The notes: a model not told the origin generated them from the letters alone. A stretch of 64,000 nt of DNA from an uncultured Bacilli bacterium (GCA_947630495.1 CANRHS010000001.1:157-64156); one strand, 5' to 3'; numbered from the stretch's first letter, positions 49,720 through 60,693 are shown. Made by a program: numbers and translations.

Positions 49720-50491
49720 TTCTCATAATCACTTCCTTTGCTAAATTTATATACGCTTCAGACCCCTTACTTTTAGGATCATAAGCAACAATGGGCTTAC
49801 CATGGCTAGGTGCCTCCGCAAGTCTAATTAATCTAGGTATAATTGTATCATATACCTTATCTTTAAAGTAACTTCTAATTTCTTCAATAACATCAAGACC
49901 TAAGTTAGATTTTGATAGCATAGTTAATAAAACTCCTTCTAACTCTAATTTAGGATTTAAGTTTTTTTGAGCAAGCATAATTGTATTTAGTAATTGTGTT
50001 ATTCCCTCTAAGGCATAAAACTCACATTGAACGGGAATTAACACTGAATTACTTGCTGTTAAAGCATTCGTTGTTATCATTCCTAAACTTGGAGGACAAT
50101 CAATTATAAAATAATCATATTCATCTTTATATGGTGTTATTTTTTCTTTTAATTGATGTGATCTTTTAAAATTAGGATCTTTCTTACTTTTTTCGATAAG
50201 TTCAATATCAATTCCTGCAAGTTGAATAGTTGATGGAATAATGTCTAAACTTTTAAAGTCAGTTTTTACAATTACTTCTTCAATACTTGCTTCTCCTCTT
50301 AATAAATCATAGATACTTTTTTCAATATCTCCTTTATTAATACCCACTCCCGTTGTCGCGTTGCCTTGTGGGTCTAAATCTATTAGTAAAACTTTTTTCC
50401 CAAGTAAAGCCAAAGATGCAGCTAAATTGATACTAGTTGTTGTTTTGCCAACTCCTCCTTTTTGATTTACTAATGATATAATTTTTCCCAT
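49706..50491 (-). CDS. parA: Chromosome partitioning ATPase ParA/Soj
   Basis: KGGVGKTTTSINLA deviant Walker A. True start MGKIIS with RBS aaggtgg. Confidence 0.9.
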   Translation of the reverse strand: MGKIISLVNQKGGVGKTTTSINLAASLALLGKKVLLIDLDPQGNATTGVGINKGDIEKSIYDLLRGEASIEEVIVKTDFKSLDIIPSTIQLAGIDIELIEKSKKDPNFKRSHQLKEKITPYKDEYDYFIIDCPPSLGMITTNALTASNSVLIPVQCEFYALEGITQLLNTIMLAQKNLNPKLELEGVLLTMLSKSNLGLDVIEEIRSYFKDKVYDTIIPRLIRLAEAPSHGKPIVAYDPKSKGSEAYINLAKEVIMRNGNA

Positions 50492-50899
50492 GATTACCAC
50501 CTTCTATACAGTTGTCAAATATATTTTATCAAAAAATGACAAAATAAGCAAAGGTATTTAATACATTTAGAACAAAAATAATTTTTGAATAAATTCAAAA
50601 ATCATTTGAAAGCATCACGGCTTTCTTTTTCTACTTCACAGGATACTTTGCATCCTCCATAGACCAGAATCCGATGGTCGCCACCGTTTATTTTTTTTAG
50701 TATTTTAGAATTTATTCTACTAAATTAAATTTAATTTTCCTTTAACCTTTCTTTGTTTATTATTATACATATTATTTTTTCTTTTGGCAAGACTCTTTTG
50801 CACTTTTCGCCATTTTTCCAACTGATTTTCTTTTTATATAAAAAATTATTAAGGAAATTAGAAAAAAGAGTTCTAGGAATAAACTTCCCTAAAACTTTT

Positions 50900-51595
50900 T
50901 TAATAATTTTCCATTTTCCCTAATTTTTTAATTTTAAATCCAGCACTTGTATTTGATAAAGTTAAAACTTTACCATCACTACAATTCATTTCATCATAGG
51001 CATTACATTTAAGAATATTTAAACTTATTTCATTTGAATTTTTATTTTCTTTATAATCAATTACTTTATAATTATAATCATATTCAACAAAGACTTTATG
51101 TTCTAAAGAAAATTTATTATCTTTATAAGTAAAACTTTTAATAAAACTATCTTCATTTACTTTATATTGTTTTAATTGATCCATTACTTTATCTATATCT
51201 TTTATTTCAAAATAATTCATTAATCCATTTTTTAAATCTGTTTCTGCTATATCATCTCCACCGGTATAACCAATTATAAAAGCAAAATAATCATCTACTG
51301 TTGCCTTTTCTATATCAAAACTACTGACATTTAATTGAAATATATCTAATAATTTATTATTATTGTAAAACCATTTTATAGCATTTAAACCATTAGTAGA
51401 AATTCCTCCATAGCATTTACTTCCACAATTTTCTTCGGTTTCACTCGCTGGAGGAAGTTCTTCTTGGTTTTCATTAGTTTCTTCTTTTATATTTTCTTTA
51501 TTTATTAATTTATCATATCCTATATAACAAAGAGAAAGTCCTAGTAATACACCTAAGACTCCAATTATTATATTTTTTTTAATACTCTTATCCAT
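50900..51595 (-). CDS. Putative lipoprotein
   Basis: Signal peptide with lipobox LGLSLC; no domains recognised. Confidence 0.4.
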   Translation of the reverse strand: MDKSIKKNIIIGVLGVLLGLSLCYIGYDKLINKENIKEETNENQEELPPASETEENCGSKCYGGISTNGLNAIKWFYNNNKLLDIFQLNVSSFDIEKATVDDYFAFIIGYTGGDDIAETDLKNGLMNYFEIKDIDKVMDQLKQYKVNEDSFIKSFTYKDNKFSLEHKVFVEYDYNYKVIDYKENKNSNEISLNILKCNAYDEMNCSDGKVLTLSNTSAGFKIKKLGKMENY

Positions 51596-51603
51596 ATATT
51601 ACC

Positions 51604-53670
51604 TTACTTTTTTATCTTAATTGTAATTTGATAGTAATCGTCAAACTCTATTTCTTCTGTATCAATACTTATATTATTTTGTTTAATAGCATCTGTTGTT
51701 TTCTTTAATTCATAAACAGCACCTCTAGCATCAAAAATCGTTTTAACTGGTTCAAGAACAATATAATCATTCTTTTTTTCTTGTTTAGTATCTGAAGTTG
51801 TTTCTTCTTTTTCCTCTTTTTCTTCTTGTGCACCTGTTGGCTCTGCTCCAATTACTTCTACTTCTTCAACTTCTTCCTTTGGCATTTCTTCTTGTTCTTC
51901 TTCATGTTTTTCAGGTTGTTCAGTTGGTTCTTCTTTTTGAATTTCCTCTTTTTCTTCTTTAACTGAAACTGGTTTAGCATTTAAAATATCTTCATAAGGA
52001 TCATCAAATGGATTATCAAATTTTTCATTATTTTCCTGATTTAATTCTTGATAATTATCATCAAACCTAGGCTCATTTCTAGGTGGTCTATTATCATTCA
52101 TATTGTAATCATTCATCTGATTATTATCAGGAACATTTACTATATTTAATGGTTGGTTAAATAATCCACCTTGGTTAGCATTAAAATCAATAGGGGACAT
52201 ATCATTATTATTTTGTTTAGGGAATGAAAAATCATCTATTGGATTATTAAAGTTATTCATATTTCCCATATTATTTATATTATTATTCATGTTGCCCATA
52301 TTATCATTCATATTATTCATATTAAAGTTATTGTTAGGATTTGGATTAAAATTATTATTATTGTTTTGATTTATAAAATTATTCATTCCAAAATCTTGCT
52401 CTTGTTCAAAATTATTCATACTATTATCTTCAAAAGAGTTTTGATTGTTATCAAAGTTATTTGGTGTATCAAAATTTGGTAAGAATTGATTTTCTTTAGG
52501 TTTTATAGCATTTTCTCTTATCTGACTTACAAATGGATTATCTCCTTCATTGGCGTTATAATTTGGATTATTATTAGAATTATTAATATTTGGAGCTCCA
52601 TCAAACATAGATCCTAGAGAACTAAAGTTATTATTAGAATTCATTTGTGAATTATTATTTCCCTGAGGCATTGCAAATCCTGGAGTATCTTTAAAATCTC
52701 CATAGTCAATACCTTGATTAGGTTCATTATTTGAATTTTGATTATCATTATAAACTGAGGAATCATTAAAATCATTGGAAAAATTATTTCCAAAGGTTGG
52801 ATTGTTAGGCATATTACTTGGATTTTGGTTATTAAAATTAGGAATATTATTAAACATACCTCCATTTATAGAACTTTGATAGTCATTTAAACCCATACCT
52901 CCAAAGTTACCATGAAAACTAGGCATATTATTTTGTCTGCTATTTTGTTGTCCGAAGTTATTCATTGGCATATCATTATTCATATTAAAATTATTTGAAT
53001 TTTGATTATTCATCATATTATTATTCATATCACTTTCTCCTTCATCCATATTATTACTAGATTCTTCTTTTAATTTTTTAATTTCGGCATCTAACTCTCT
53101 AACTGTTAATCTTTCATTTCTAATTCTATCTAACATCATTAATTGTTGCTCTTTATCTTTCAAATTTAGTAGGCTTCTTGCATGACGTTCAGAAATTTGA
53201 TTTTTCATTAGGGCATCTTGAACTTCTTCAGGTAATCCTAAAAGCCTTAATTTATTAGCAATAGCCGGTTGACTTCTTCCCATGGTTTTGGCTAGACTTT
53301 CTTGAGTCATATTATCGAGTTCAAGAATTCTTTTGTAAGTTCTTGCTTCTTCAATTGCACTTAAATTTTTTCTTTGCAAATTTTCAAGGAGTGATACTTT
53401 GGCACTTTCCCGATCATCCATCTCCCTAATAATAGCAGGAACTGTTGTTAATCCTGCTAAAGATGATGCTTTACATCTTCTTTCCCCAGCAATAAGTTCG
53501 TATTTTCCATTTTTTGGTCGTACTAAAATTGGCTGAAGTACTCCGTGTTCTTTAATCGAATCTGATAATTCTTCTAATCCTGTTTCATCAAATTCTTCTC
53601 GAGGTTGAAATCTATTTGGCATAATATCTTCTATTTTTAAATAGACAACCTCATTTTCTTTATTATCCAT
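51604..53670 (-). CDS. noc: Noc/ParB-like nucleoid-occlusion protein with a roughly 320-aa N/Q/M-rich low-complexity insertion
   Basis: N-terminal ParB box (LSDSIKEHGVLQPILVRP, GERRCKAS) and HTH, then roughly 320 aa dominated by N, Q, M, F and G, then a Glu/Lys-rich linker and a C-terminal domain. Confidence 0.75.
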   Translation of the reverse strand: MDNKENEVVYLKIEDIMPNRFQPREEFDETGLEELSDSIKEHGVLQPILVRPKNGKYELIAGERRCKASSLAGLTTVPAIIREMDDRESAKVSLLENLQRKNLSAIEEARTYKRILELDNMTQESLAKTMGRSQPAIANKLRLLGLPEEVQDALMKNQISERHARSLLNLKDKEQQLMMLDRIRNERLTVRELDAEIKKLKEESSNNMDEGESDMNNNMMNNQNSNNFNMNNDMPMNNFGQQNSRQNNMPSFHGNFGGMGLNDYQSSINGGMFNNIPNFNNQNPSNMPNNPTFGNNFSNDFNDSSVYNDNQNSNNEPNQGIDYGDFKDTPGFAMPQGNNNSQMNSNNNFSSLGSMFDGAPNINNSNNNPNYNANEGDNPFVSQIRENAIKPKENQFLPNFDTPNNFDNNQNSFEDNSMNNFEQEQDFGMNNFINQNNNNNFNPNPNNNFNMNNMNDNMGNMNNNINNMGNMNNFNNPIDDFSFPKQNNNDMSPIDFNANQGGLFNQPLNIVNVPDNNQMNDYNMNDNRPPRNEPRFDDNYQELNQENNEKFDNPFDDPYEDILNAKPVSVKEEKEEIQKEEPTEQPEKHEEEQEEMPKEEVEEVEVIGAEPTGAQEEKEEKEETTSDTKQEKKNDYIVLEPVKTIFDARGAVYELKKTTDAIKQNNISIDTEEIEFDDYYQITIKIKK

Positions 53671-53858
53671 ACAATCCCTCTTTTCTTTTTAAACCCCATC
53701 TCTATTTATATATTACCTTAAAATGAAAAATTTTTCAATCTTTTTTTTACATTTTTTTCTTATTTTACATAATTTCCCAAAAATAAAGTAAAGTTAATTA
53801 TTAAATATAAATTAAATTGGGAAATAAAAAAAAAGAAGTCTCTTATTAAGGATAACTT

Positions 53859-54569
53859 CTATTGTTTATGGTATTCTTTTTTTATTTTGCCATAACTTCT
53901 TGGATATTTAGTTGGAGTTTTATCTTGTTTTTGAATTTTTACTAGAGTTCTTGTACTATTTTCTATTGGTAAAGTAAAGGTATTAATGTTAATTATTTTA
54001 GCATTTATATCTTTTAAGATTTTATTTGATTCTTTAATCTCTTCATTGATATTTGATTTCATTGCTATTAAGTAGGAGTTTATTTTTAGAAGAGGCATAG
54101 TTGTTTCTACTAAGATACCTAAGTGAGCGACGGCTCTTGCTACTACTAAATCGTATTCTTCTTTAGTTTCTCTTGCATAATCTTCAACTCTTAAACATTT
54201 TGTTTCTATATCATGTAAATCTAACTCTTTAATTATTTCATTAAGATAATTTATTCTTTTATTTAAGGAATCAAGTAAAGTTATTTTTAAATTGGGAAAT
54301 ACTATTTTTAAAACAATTCCCGGGAAGCCTGCACCTGTTCCTACATCTAAAACTTTTAATGGTTTCGTTAAATCTATTTCTTTTATTAAAGTTAGGCTAT
54401 CATAAAAATGTTTTAGAAAACAATCTTCTTTTTTAGTAATAGTTGTTAAATTTATTTTTTCATTCCAACTTATTAAAAGATTATAAAATTTATCTAGTTT
54501 ACTTAGTTTTTCTTCATCTAACTTTATACCAAGTTTCTCTACTTCGTTTAAAAATTCTTCTTTATTCAT
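53859..54569 (-). CDS. rsmG: 16S rRNA m7G527 methyltransferase
   Basis: VLDVGTGAGFPGI; 236 aa; conserved position next to mnmG. Confidence 0.9.
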   Translation of the reverse strand: MNKEEFLNEVEKLGIKLDEEKLSKLDKFYNLLISWNEKINLTTITKKEDCFLKHFYDSLTLIKEIDLTKPLKVLDVGTGAGFPGIVLKIVFPNLKITLLDSLNKRINYLNEIIKELDLHDIETKCLRVEDYARETKEEYDLVVARAVAHLGILVETTMPLLKINSYLIAMKSNINEEIKESNKILKDINAKIININTFTLPIENSTRTLVKIQKQDKTPTKYPRSYGKIKKEYHKQ

Positions 54570-56437
54570 GATAACCTCTTTAAATAAACACTTAAAACTG
54601 CTATATCACTTGGATTAACTCCACTTATTCTGGATGCTTGTCCTAAGGTCATTGGTTTTATTTGGTCTAATTTTTGACGACCTTCACTGGCAAGGTTTGG
54701 AATTTCTTGATAGTTAATATCATCTGGTATTTTTATGCTTTCCATCTTTTTAAGTTTCTCTGCTTCTCGTTCTTCTTTGCCAATATAACCTGCATATTTT
54801 ATAGAAATTTCTACTTGTTCTAATACTTCATCTGAATATTTATCGGGAATTTTTTCTAATTCTCTTAAGTTATTTATTTTTACTTCAGGTCTTTTTAATA
54901 GTTCAGCTAAAGATACTGAATCTAGAGTAGGAGAGGTGTTTAATTTTTCAAATAACTCTTTATCATTTATTGTTACTTTTGTTTCTTTTAAATAAGTTGT
55001 TAAATCATCAATATCCTTTAGTTTTTGTTTAAATCTTGCATATCTCATATCATCAATAAGTCCTATTTGATGTCCATATTCTCTTAATCTAATATCCGCG
55101 TTATCGTTTCTTAAAAGTAGGCGATATTCAGCTCTTGAGGTTAGCATTCGATAAGGTTCTTTGGTGCCTTTGGTTACTAAATCATCAATCAAAACTCCAA
55201 TGTAGGCTTCATTTCTTTTTAAAATTAAAGGATCTTTATTATCTAATTTTAAACTAGCATTAATTCCTGCCATCAATCCTTGAGCAGCGGCTTCTTCATA
55301 GCCACTAGTACCATTTATTTGACCGGCTGTAAATAAATTTTCAATTTTTTTATTTTCTAAACTAGGCTTTACTTCTAAAGGATCAATTGCATCATATTCA
55401 ATTGCATAAGCATATTTGACAATTTCAGCATGTTCTAAACCTTTTAAACTATGAACCATTTGTTCTTGAATATCATGAGGCATACTTGTTGAAAAACCTT
55501 GTAAGTAAATATCATCATAATATAAACTTTCAGGTTCTAAGAATAATTGATGTCTTTCTTTATCTTTAAACCTTACAACTTTATCTTCAATTGAAGGGCA
55601 ATATCTAGGTCCAACTCCTCTTACGTATCCTCCATACATACTTGATTTTTCTAGATTATCCATGATTATTTTATGAGTATTCTCATTTGTATAAGTTAAG
55701 TAACATGGAACTTGATCTTCTATTTTATACATTGGTTTAGTATCAAATGAGAATGTTCTTAAGATATTATCTCCATCTTCTCTTTCTAAAACAGAAAAGT
55801 CAATTGATGATTTTTTTAGTCTTTGAGGAGTTCCCGTTTTTAATCTTTGAATAGTAAGTCCTAGTTTTCTTAAATTATCACTTAAATTCTTAGCTTCTTT
55901 TTCGCCATGAGGTCCTCCAGGAGTTCTTTCAGCTCCAACTAAAATATCGGCTTTTAAATAAGTTCCGGTTGTAAGAATTACCGCTTTGGCTTTTATTTCT
56001 TCACCATTTTCAAGTTTTACTCCATAGACTTTATTATCTTTAACTAATAAATCATCAACGATCGCTTCTTTTATTTCTAAATTTTTGGTACTATTTAAAG
56101 TCTTTAGCATTTCTTTTGGATAAGTTATTTTATCAGCTTGAGCGCGTAATGCCCAGACAGCTGGTCCTTTTTTGGTATTTAACATCTTTAATTGTAGATG
56201 GCTTTTATCTGTATTAATACCCATCTCACCACCTAAGGCATCAATTTCTCTGACTAGTATTCCTTTAGCTGGTCCTCCAACACTTGGATTACAAGGCATA
56301 TCGGCTATATTTTTTATATTTCCTGTTATTAATAAAGTTTTATGATTAAGTCTTGCTGCTGCGAGTGCCGCTTCACATCCTGCGTGTCCTCCTCCAACAA
56401 CAATTATATCTACTTCCATTTTCTCACTTCCCAACAC
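54566..56437 (-). CDS. mnmG: tRNA uridine 5-carboxymethylaminomethyl modification enzyme MnmG
   Basis: VGGGHAGCEAALAAARL FAD motif; 623 aa. Confidence 0.95.
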   Translation of the reverse strand: MLGSEKMEVDIIVVGGGHAGCEAALAAARLNHKTLLITGNIKNIADMPCNPSVGGPAKGILVREIDALGGEMGINTDKSHLQLKMLNTKKGPAVWALRAQADKITYPKEMLKTLNSTKNLEIKEAIVDDLLVKDNKVYGVKLENGEEIKAKAVILTTGTYLKADILVGAERTPGGPHGEKEAKNLSDNLRKLGLTIQRLKTGTPQRLKKSSIDFSVLEREDGDNILRTFSFDTKPMYKIEDQVPCYLTYTNENTHKIIMDNLEKSSMYGGYVRGVGPRYCPSIEDKVVRFKDKERHQLFLEPESLYYDDIYLQGFSTSMPHDIQEQMVHSLKGLEHAEIVKYAYAIEYDAIDPLEVKPSLENKKIENLFTAGQINGTSGYEEAAAQGLMAGINASLKLDNKDPLILKRNEAYIGVLIDDLVTKGTKEPYRMLTSRAEYRLLLRNDNADIRLREYGHQIGLIDDMRYARFKQKLKDIDDLTTYLKETKVTINDKELFEKLNTSPTLDSVSLAELLKRPEVKINNLRELEKIPDKYSDEVLEQVEISIKYAGYIGKEEREAEKLKKMESIKIPDDINYQEIPNLASEGRQKLDQIKPMTLGQASRISGVNPSDIAVLSVYLKRLS

Positions 56438-56478
56438 TTCTTAGAGATTATACAACTTTTTTAATTTATTGTAAAGTG

Positions 56479-57846
56479 TTATTTTCCAACACAAAACTTA
56501 CTAAAAAGTTCATCTAGTAATTCTTCTTCATATGATTCTCCAATTACTAATCCTAAGGTATTCCAAATATTTTTTAAATCTATTTCTAAGATATCTAAAT
56601 CAAGATTATCTTTTAATCCTTGTTCAATATCAAGAGTTATTTTTAAACATTCTTTTATTTTCGATAATTGTCTTGTATTTGTTATATAGTTATAATTACT
56701 CGTTTCAAATTTTTCTAAGTTAAACATATCCTTTATCTTTTCTTTTAAATTATTTATACCATCTTCTTCAATTGTATTTATATAGATAATATTAGAACTT
56801 TCTAAATTAGATATATCTATTTTTTCTTCTAAATCATTTTTATTAATAACAATTATGGTATTTTTATCTTCTGTCTTATTTATTAAATCTAAGTCTTCTT
56901 GAGTTAAGGGTTCATTGTTATTTAAAAGAAGTAATACTAAATCTGCATCTTGTAAGGCTTCTATACTTTTAGATACTCCAATTTGTTCTACTTTATCAGT
57001 TGTTTCTCTGATCCCTGCTGTATCAATTATATTTAATTTAATACCAGATATTAAAATACTTCCTTCAACAATATCCCTAGTTGTTCCTGGAATATCCGTG
57101 ACAATTGCTTTGTTACTATCCAATAATCGATTTAAGAGACTACTTTTTCCAACATTAGGCCGACCAACAATGACAGTTTTTATTCCATCTTTAATTATTT
57201 TTCCATTTTCTGATTCTTTAATTATGTTTTCTAAACTTACTTTTATTTCCTTTATTTCTTTCTCTAAATCAGATTTTGTTACTTCATAAATATCTTCATA
57301 TTCAGGGTAATCTATGTTAACTTCAATGTTTGAGATAATATCAATTAATTTTTGTCTTAGTTTTTTGATTAATTTGCTACTATTTCCTTCTAAGCCATTG
57401 ATTGCAATTTTTCTTTCTTTTTCAGTTTCACTACCAATTAAATCTGCGACTGCCTCAGCTTGCATTAAGTCAATTCTTCCGTTTAAGAAAGCTCTTTTTG
57501 TAAATTCTCCTGCTTCAGCACTTCGACATCCATTTAAAAATAAGATTTCTAAAACTTTATTAGTAGAACTAATTCCTCCATGACAATTTATTTCAACAAC
57601 ATCTTCCATCGTATAAGTTTTAGGTGCTTTCATTATAGTTACTAAAACTTCATCAATTATTTCTCCTTCATAGACAATATGTCCATAATGAATAGTATGA
57701 CTTGGAACCCTTTCTAAATCTTTTCCTTTAAATATTTTATTAACTATTTTTATAGCATCATTCCCACTTACTCTTATAATTGATATTGCTCCAACTCCTA
57801 AAGATGTTGCTATACTTGCAATTGTATCTGACATAATATCCCTCAC
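56479..57846 (-). CDS. mnmE: tRNA modification GTPase MnmE
   Basis: GRPNVGKSSLLN G1 motif; C-terminal CVGK. Confidence 0.95.
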   Translation of the reverse strand: MRDIMSDTIASIATSLGVGAISIIRVSGNDAIKIVNKIFKGKDLERVPSHTIHYGHIVYEGEIIDEVLVTIMKAPKTYTMEDVVEINCHGGISSTNKVLEILFLNGCRSAEAGEFTKRAFLNGRIDLMQAEAVADLIGSETEKERKIAINGLEGNSSKLIKKLRQKLIDIISNIEVNIDYPEYEDIYEVTKSDLEKEIKEIKVSLENIIKESENGKIIKDGIKTVIVGRPNVGKSSLLNRLLDSNKAIVTDIPGTTRDIVEGSILISGIKLNIIDTAGIRETTDKVEQIGVSKSIEALQDADLVLLLLNNNEPLTQEDLDLINKTEDKNTIIVINKNDLEEKIDISNLESSNIIYINTIEEDGINNLKEKIKDMFNLEKFETSNYNYITNTRQLSKIKECLKITLDIEQGLKDNLDLDILEIDLKNIWNTLGLVIGESYEEELLDELFSKFCVGK

Positions 57847-57873
57847 TTCGAGTAAGATTATAGCACAAAAAAG

Positions 57874-57902
57874 AAACTATGTCACTTATTTTTAGACATA
57901 GT
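57874..57902 (-). terminator. Palindromic hairpin aactatgtc-N11-gacatagtt plus T-run; terminator of the 483-aa gene, abutting the mnmE -10 element
   Basis: 9-bp perfect stem followed on the minus strand by cttttttgtgCTATAAT. A second copy lies at 59405-59434. Confidence 0.5.
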
Positions 57903-57908
57903 TTGAAA

Positions 57909-59360
57909 TTAATCCATAATCTGATTTGTGAACGCTCCATCAGTATACTTATTAGTAAAAGTTTTAGTTTTGGTATCATAACAACTTTCCATTCCTACAT
58001 ATGTTTTATCATTTTCTTTTATACTTTCTTTAAAAGAAATAGCTAAACATTTTTTATTTTCTTTTTTATCTACATAAGAAAAGTCACCTTCATAAACATA
58101 ATTATCATTCCAATTAACATTTGAATATTCTATAACATTATTTGTTTCTATATTTTTTAAATATAATTTATTATTATCTAAATATACTAATTCATTATCT
58201 AAGAAACCTAGTAAATTATTATAATCTTTATTACTTTCTATTAAAATTCCAGAACTATCATACTTATTTAATTTGTTATTATTTATAATATATACATTCC
58301 CTTTCATAAAAGTTAAATTATAATGTTTTACATTTGATGCTATTAATTTTTTATCTTTTGTGTAAAGATCAATTTCTGGATATGCTTGAAAGCCTTTAAC
58401 TACTTCTAAATAAGTACTACCATTTTGTTCCATAGCGTAATAATTGTAACATATATTGTTTTTTAATTTTTCATCAAAGATAACCTTTTCTTCAGTGGCT
58501 GACAATAGGTAATCATAAGTATCCCAGCCATTACATTCTCCAATATTTTCAATTTTTGAAGCACGTAAATAATTTTCATTTATTCCATTAATCTTTATAT
58601 ATGTATTTTCATACATTTTTTTATTAGTTAAAACATTGTAATAACCACTTTCTTTATCTTTAGAATAATAAATTCCATAAAGTTTATCCGAATCAAATGA
58701 TAATGTATAATTCTCATATGTTGGTTCTAAGTCTAGTTTTTGTTCTGTATCTGTATATATATTGTAAGCAACTAGGCCATCATTGTTATATAAAAAGCCA
58801 TATTTTAAATTTTCGTATTTCATACTACTAATTATATTTGTTATTACTTTTTGATTTTTTAAAGAGTAATATTTTTCTATATTAGAATTTTGATTACGAT
58901 AAATTATTCCTATTACATCATCTTTGTTTTGATTTAAACGTAATTCATAATTATATTTAGCAGCATCATCAATTTTTAGGTTTAATTCTTGTGTTTTTTT
59001 CTCTTTTGCATCATATAACTTTAGGCCATTATCATCATATAAAATAAATACATACTTATCTTTATAACCTGCCGAACTTAATACTTCAGCATTTGTTGTT
59101 TTAGTTTTAATTTTATAAGTAATACATCCTTCAATTGCATTCGAACAATTAAGTGAATAGCCACTATCATCAAACTTTAAAGTTGTCTCTATAATATAAT
59201 CTTTGTCTTTTTCAACTTCTTCTGGCGTATTATTATCTTCTTGATTTTCTTTTAAATTAACTATTTTATAAGCAAAGAAGCAAATTCCTAATATAATAAC
59301 TAAAACTCCAACTATTGTAAAAATTATAGTTATTTTATTTCTCTTTTTATTCTTTTCCAT
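57909..59360 (-). CDS. Hypothetical N-terminally anchored extracytoplasmic protein
   Basis: TM ITIIFTIVGVLVIILGICFFAY followed by 450 aa of Y/N/K-rich sequence. Confidence 0.35.
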   Translation of the reverse strand: MEKNKKRNKITIIFTIVGVLVIILGICFFAYKIVNLKENQEDNNTPEEVEKDKDYIIETTLKFDDSGYSLNCSNAIEGCITYKIKTKTTNAEVLSSAGYKDKYVFILYDDNGLKLYDAKEKKTQELNLKIDDAAKYNYELRLNQNKDDVIGIIYRNQNSNIEKYYSLKNQKVITNIISSMKYENLKYGFLYNNDGLVAYNIYTDTEQKLDLEPTYENYTLSFDSDKLYGIYYSKDKESGYYNVLTNKKMYENTYIKINGINENYLRASKIENIGECNGWDTYDYLLSATEEKVIFDEKLKNNICYNYYAMEQNGSTYLEVVKGFQAYPEIDLYTKDKKLIASNVKHYNLTFMKGNVYIINNNKLNKYDSSGILIESNKDYNNLLGFLDNELVYLDNNKLYLKNIETNNVIEYSNVNWNDNYVYEGDFSYVDKKENKKCLAISFKESIKENDKTYVGMESCYDTKTKTFTNKYTDGAFTNQIMD

Positions 59361-59568
59361 AATTTTTAGTACCTACCTTTAGTAATATAATACCATAAAA
59401 TTAAAACTATGTCACTTATTTTTTAGACATAGTTCATATTTAATTTTTCTTATTTTTTTAAGGCCTTTGTAAACCCCTTATTCATCAACAAATTACACAA
59501 AATTCCGGCAATTCAAGATATTTTTACACATAATTCCGTCCTTTTTTAGCCTTTTTTACACAAAATTC

Positions 59569-60693
59569 CTAATTTCTGGCTTTTTTTCTATCTATCATTA
59601 TGACAGGAACTAAAACTTCTTGTTTGGTTAAACCACCATGATTTGCTTTAAAAATAGGGGAGTTATCATCATAATTTAAACACATATTTCTCGTTGCTAT
59701 TAATAAATAATCTCCTAAAGTATCTTCCAAATAAGGACTTTTGTTAAAACCAAATAAATTATTTTCTAATACTTCTTCCTTACTTAATAAAATAAAAGAA
59801 TTATTTAAATACTTATTAAAGACTTCTATAAAATCTTCTTTCTTAACATTATCTTTTAATTTAATTGCAGTTGCTCTTGATTCAAGGCAAGTTGTTCTTT
59901 CTAACATATCATATAATTCTTTTATATCATTCTTTATATTAATATAACGAGATTTAACTAAGCCATGGTCGGCAGTTATTATAACTAAAGTATCTTTTAA
60001 TTTAGTACACATTTCTTTGATTACTTTTTCAGCGTAAAAAACACTTTCTTTAGCAGCACTTGAATGGAGTCCTTCTTGATGAAATAACTTATCAGGAGCT
60101 TCTGTATAACCATAGATAAATTTTTTACCTTTTTCTTGACATAAGCTTACTATTCTATCACAGACTTCATCTATGTTTTGACAAGGATGCTCTTTATCAA
60201 AGGGATAAGCATAATATGCCTTAGCTTCGCCTTTTTCATTTATTAAATCAACGATACTTTTAAATTTCATATAAGGTCTATCTTGAACCTTTAATTTAGG
60301 TTCTAATCTTGTATCCTTTAGTTTATTTGGATATAAAGAAATGGTTTCATCTGTATCTTTAAAATACATATCCCACCCACACCAATTATGTTCACTTGGA
60401 GTAAGGCCTGTTAAAAGGGAAGTAGTAGCAGCCGCTGTTGTCGTTGGAAAAACAGTCGATAAAACCATAATCCTATTTTCTTTTAGGAAACTCTTTTTAG
60501 GTATTATCTCATTTAAACTCGCATTTCCCAAACCATCTAAGACAAGCAAAACAACATTTTCATATTTTTTACAATAGAATAAATCATCTAAATAGTCTAA
60601 TGTTTCATGATAAGGTTCTAAACCAAAATATTTCATAATTGAATTAGTAATCTTAATTGTTGAATTTTTATAATTAACTTCCATTTTCATCAC
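59569..60693 (-). CDS. Alkaline-phosphatase-superfamily protein (type I phosphodiesterase/nucleotide pyrophosphatase-like)
   Basis: VVLLVLDGLGNASL, TGLTPSEH and IITADHGL metal-ligand blocks. Confidence 0.5.
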   Translation of the reverse strand: MMKMEVNYKNSTIKITNSIMKYFGLEPYHETLDYLDDLFYCKKYENVVLLVLDGLGNASLNEIIPKKSFLKENRIMVLSTVFPTTTAAATTSLLTGLTPSEHNWCGWDMYFKDTDETISLYPNKLKDTRLEPKLKVQDRPYMKFKSIVDLINEKGEAKAYYAYPFDKEHPCQNIDEVCDRIVSLCQEKGKKFIYGYTEAPDKLFHQEGLHSSAAKESVFYAEKVIKEMCTKLKDTLVIITADHGLVKSRYINIKNDIKELYDMLERTTCLESRATAIKLKDNVKKEDFIEVFNKYLNNSFILLSKEEVLENNLFGFNKSPYLEDTLGDYLLIATRNMCLNYDDNSPIFKANHGGLTKQEVLVPVIMIDRKKARN

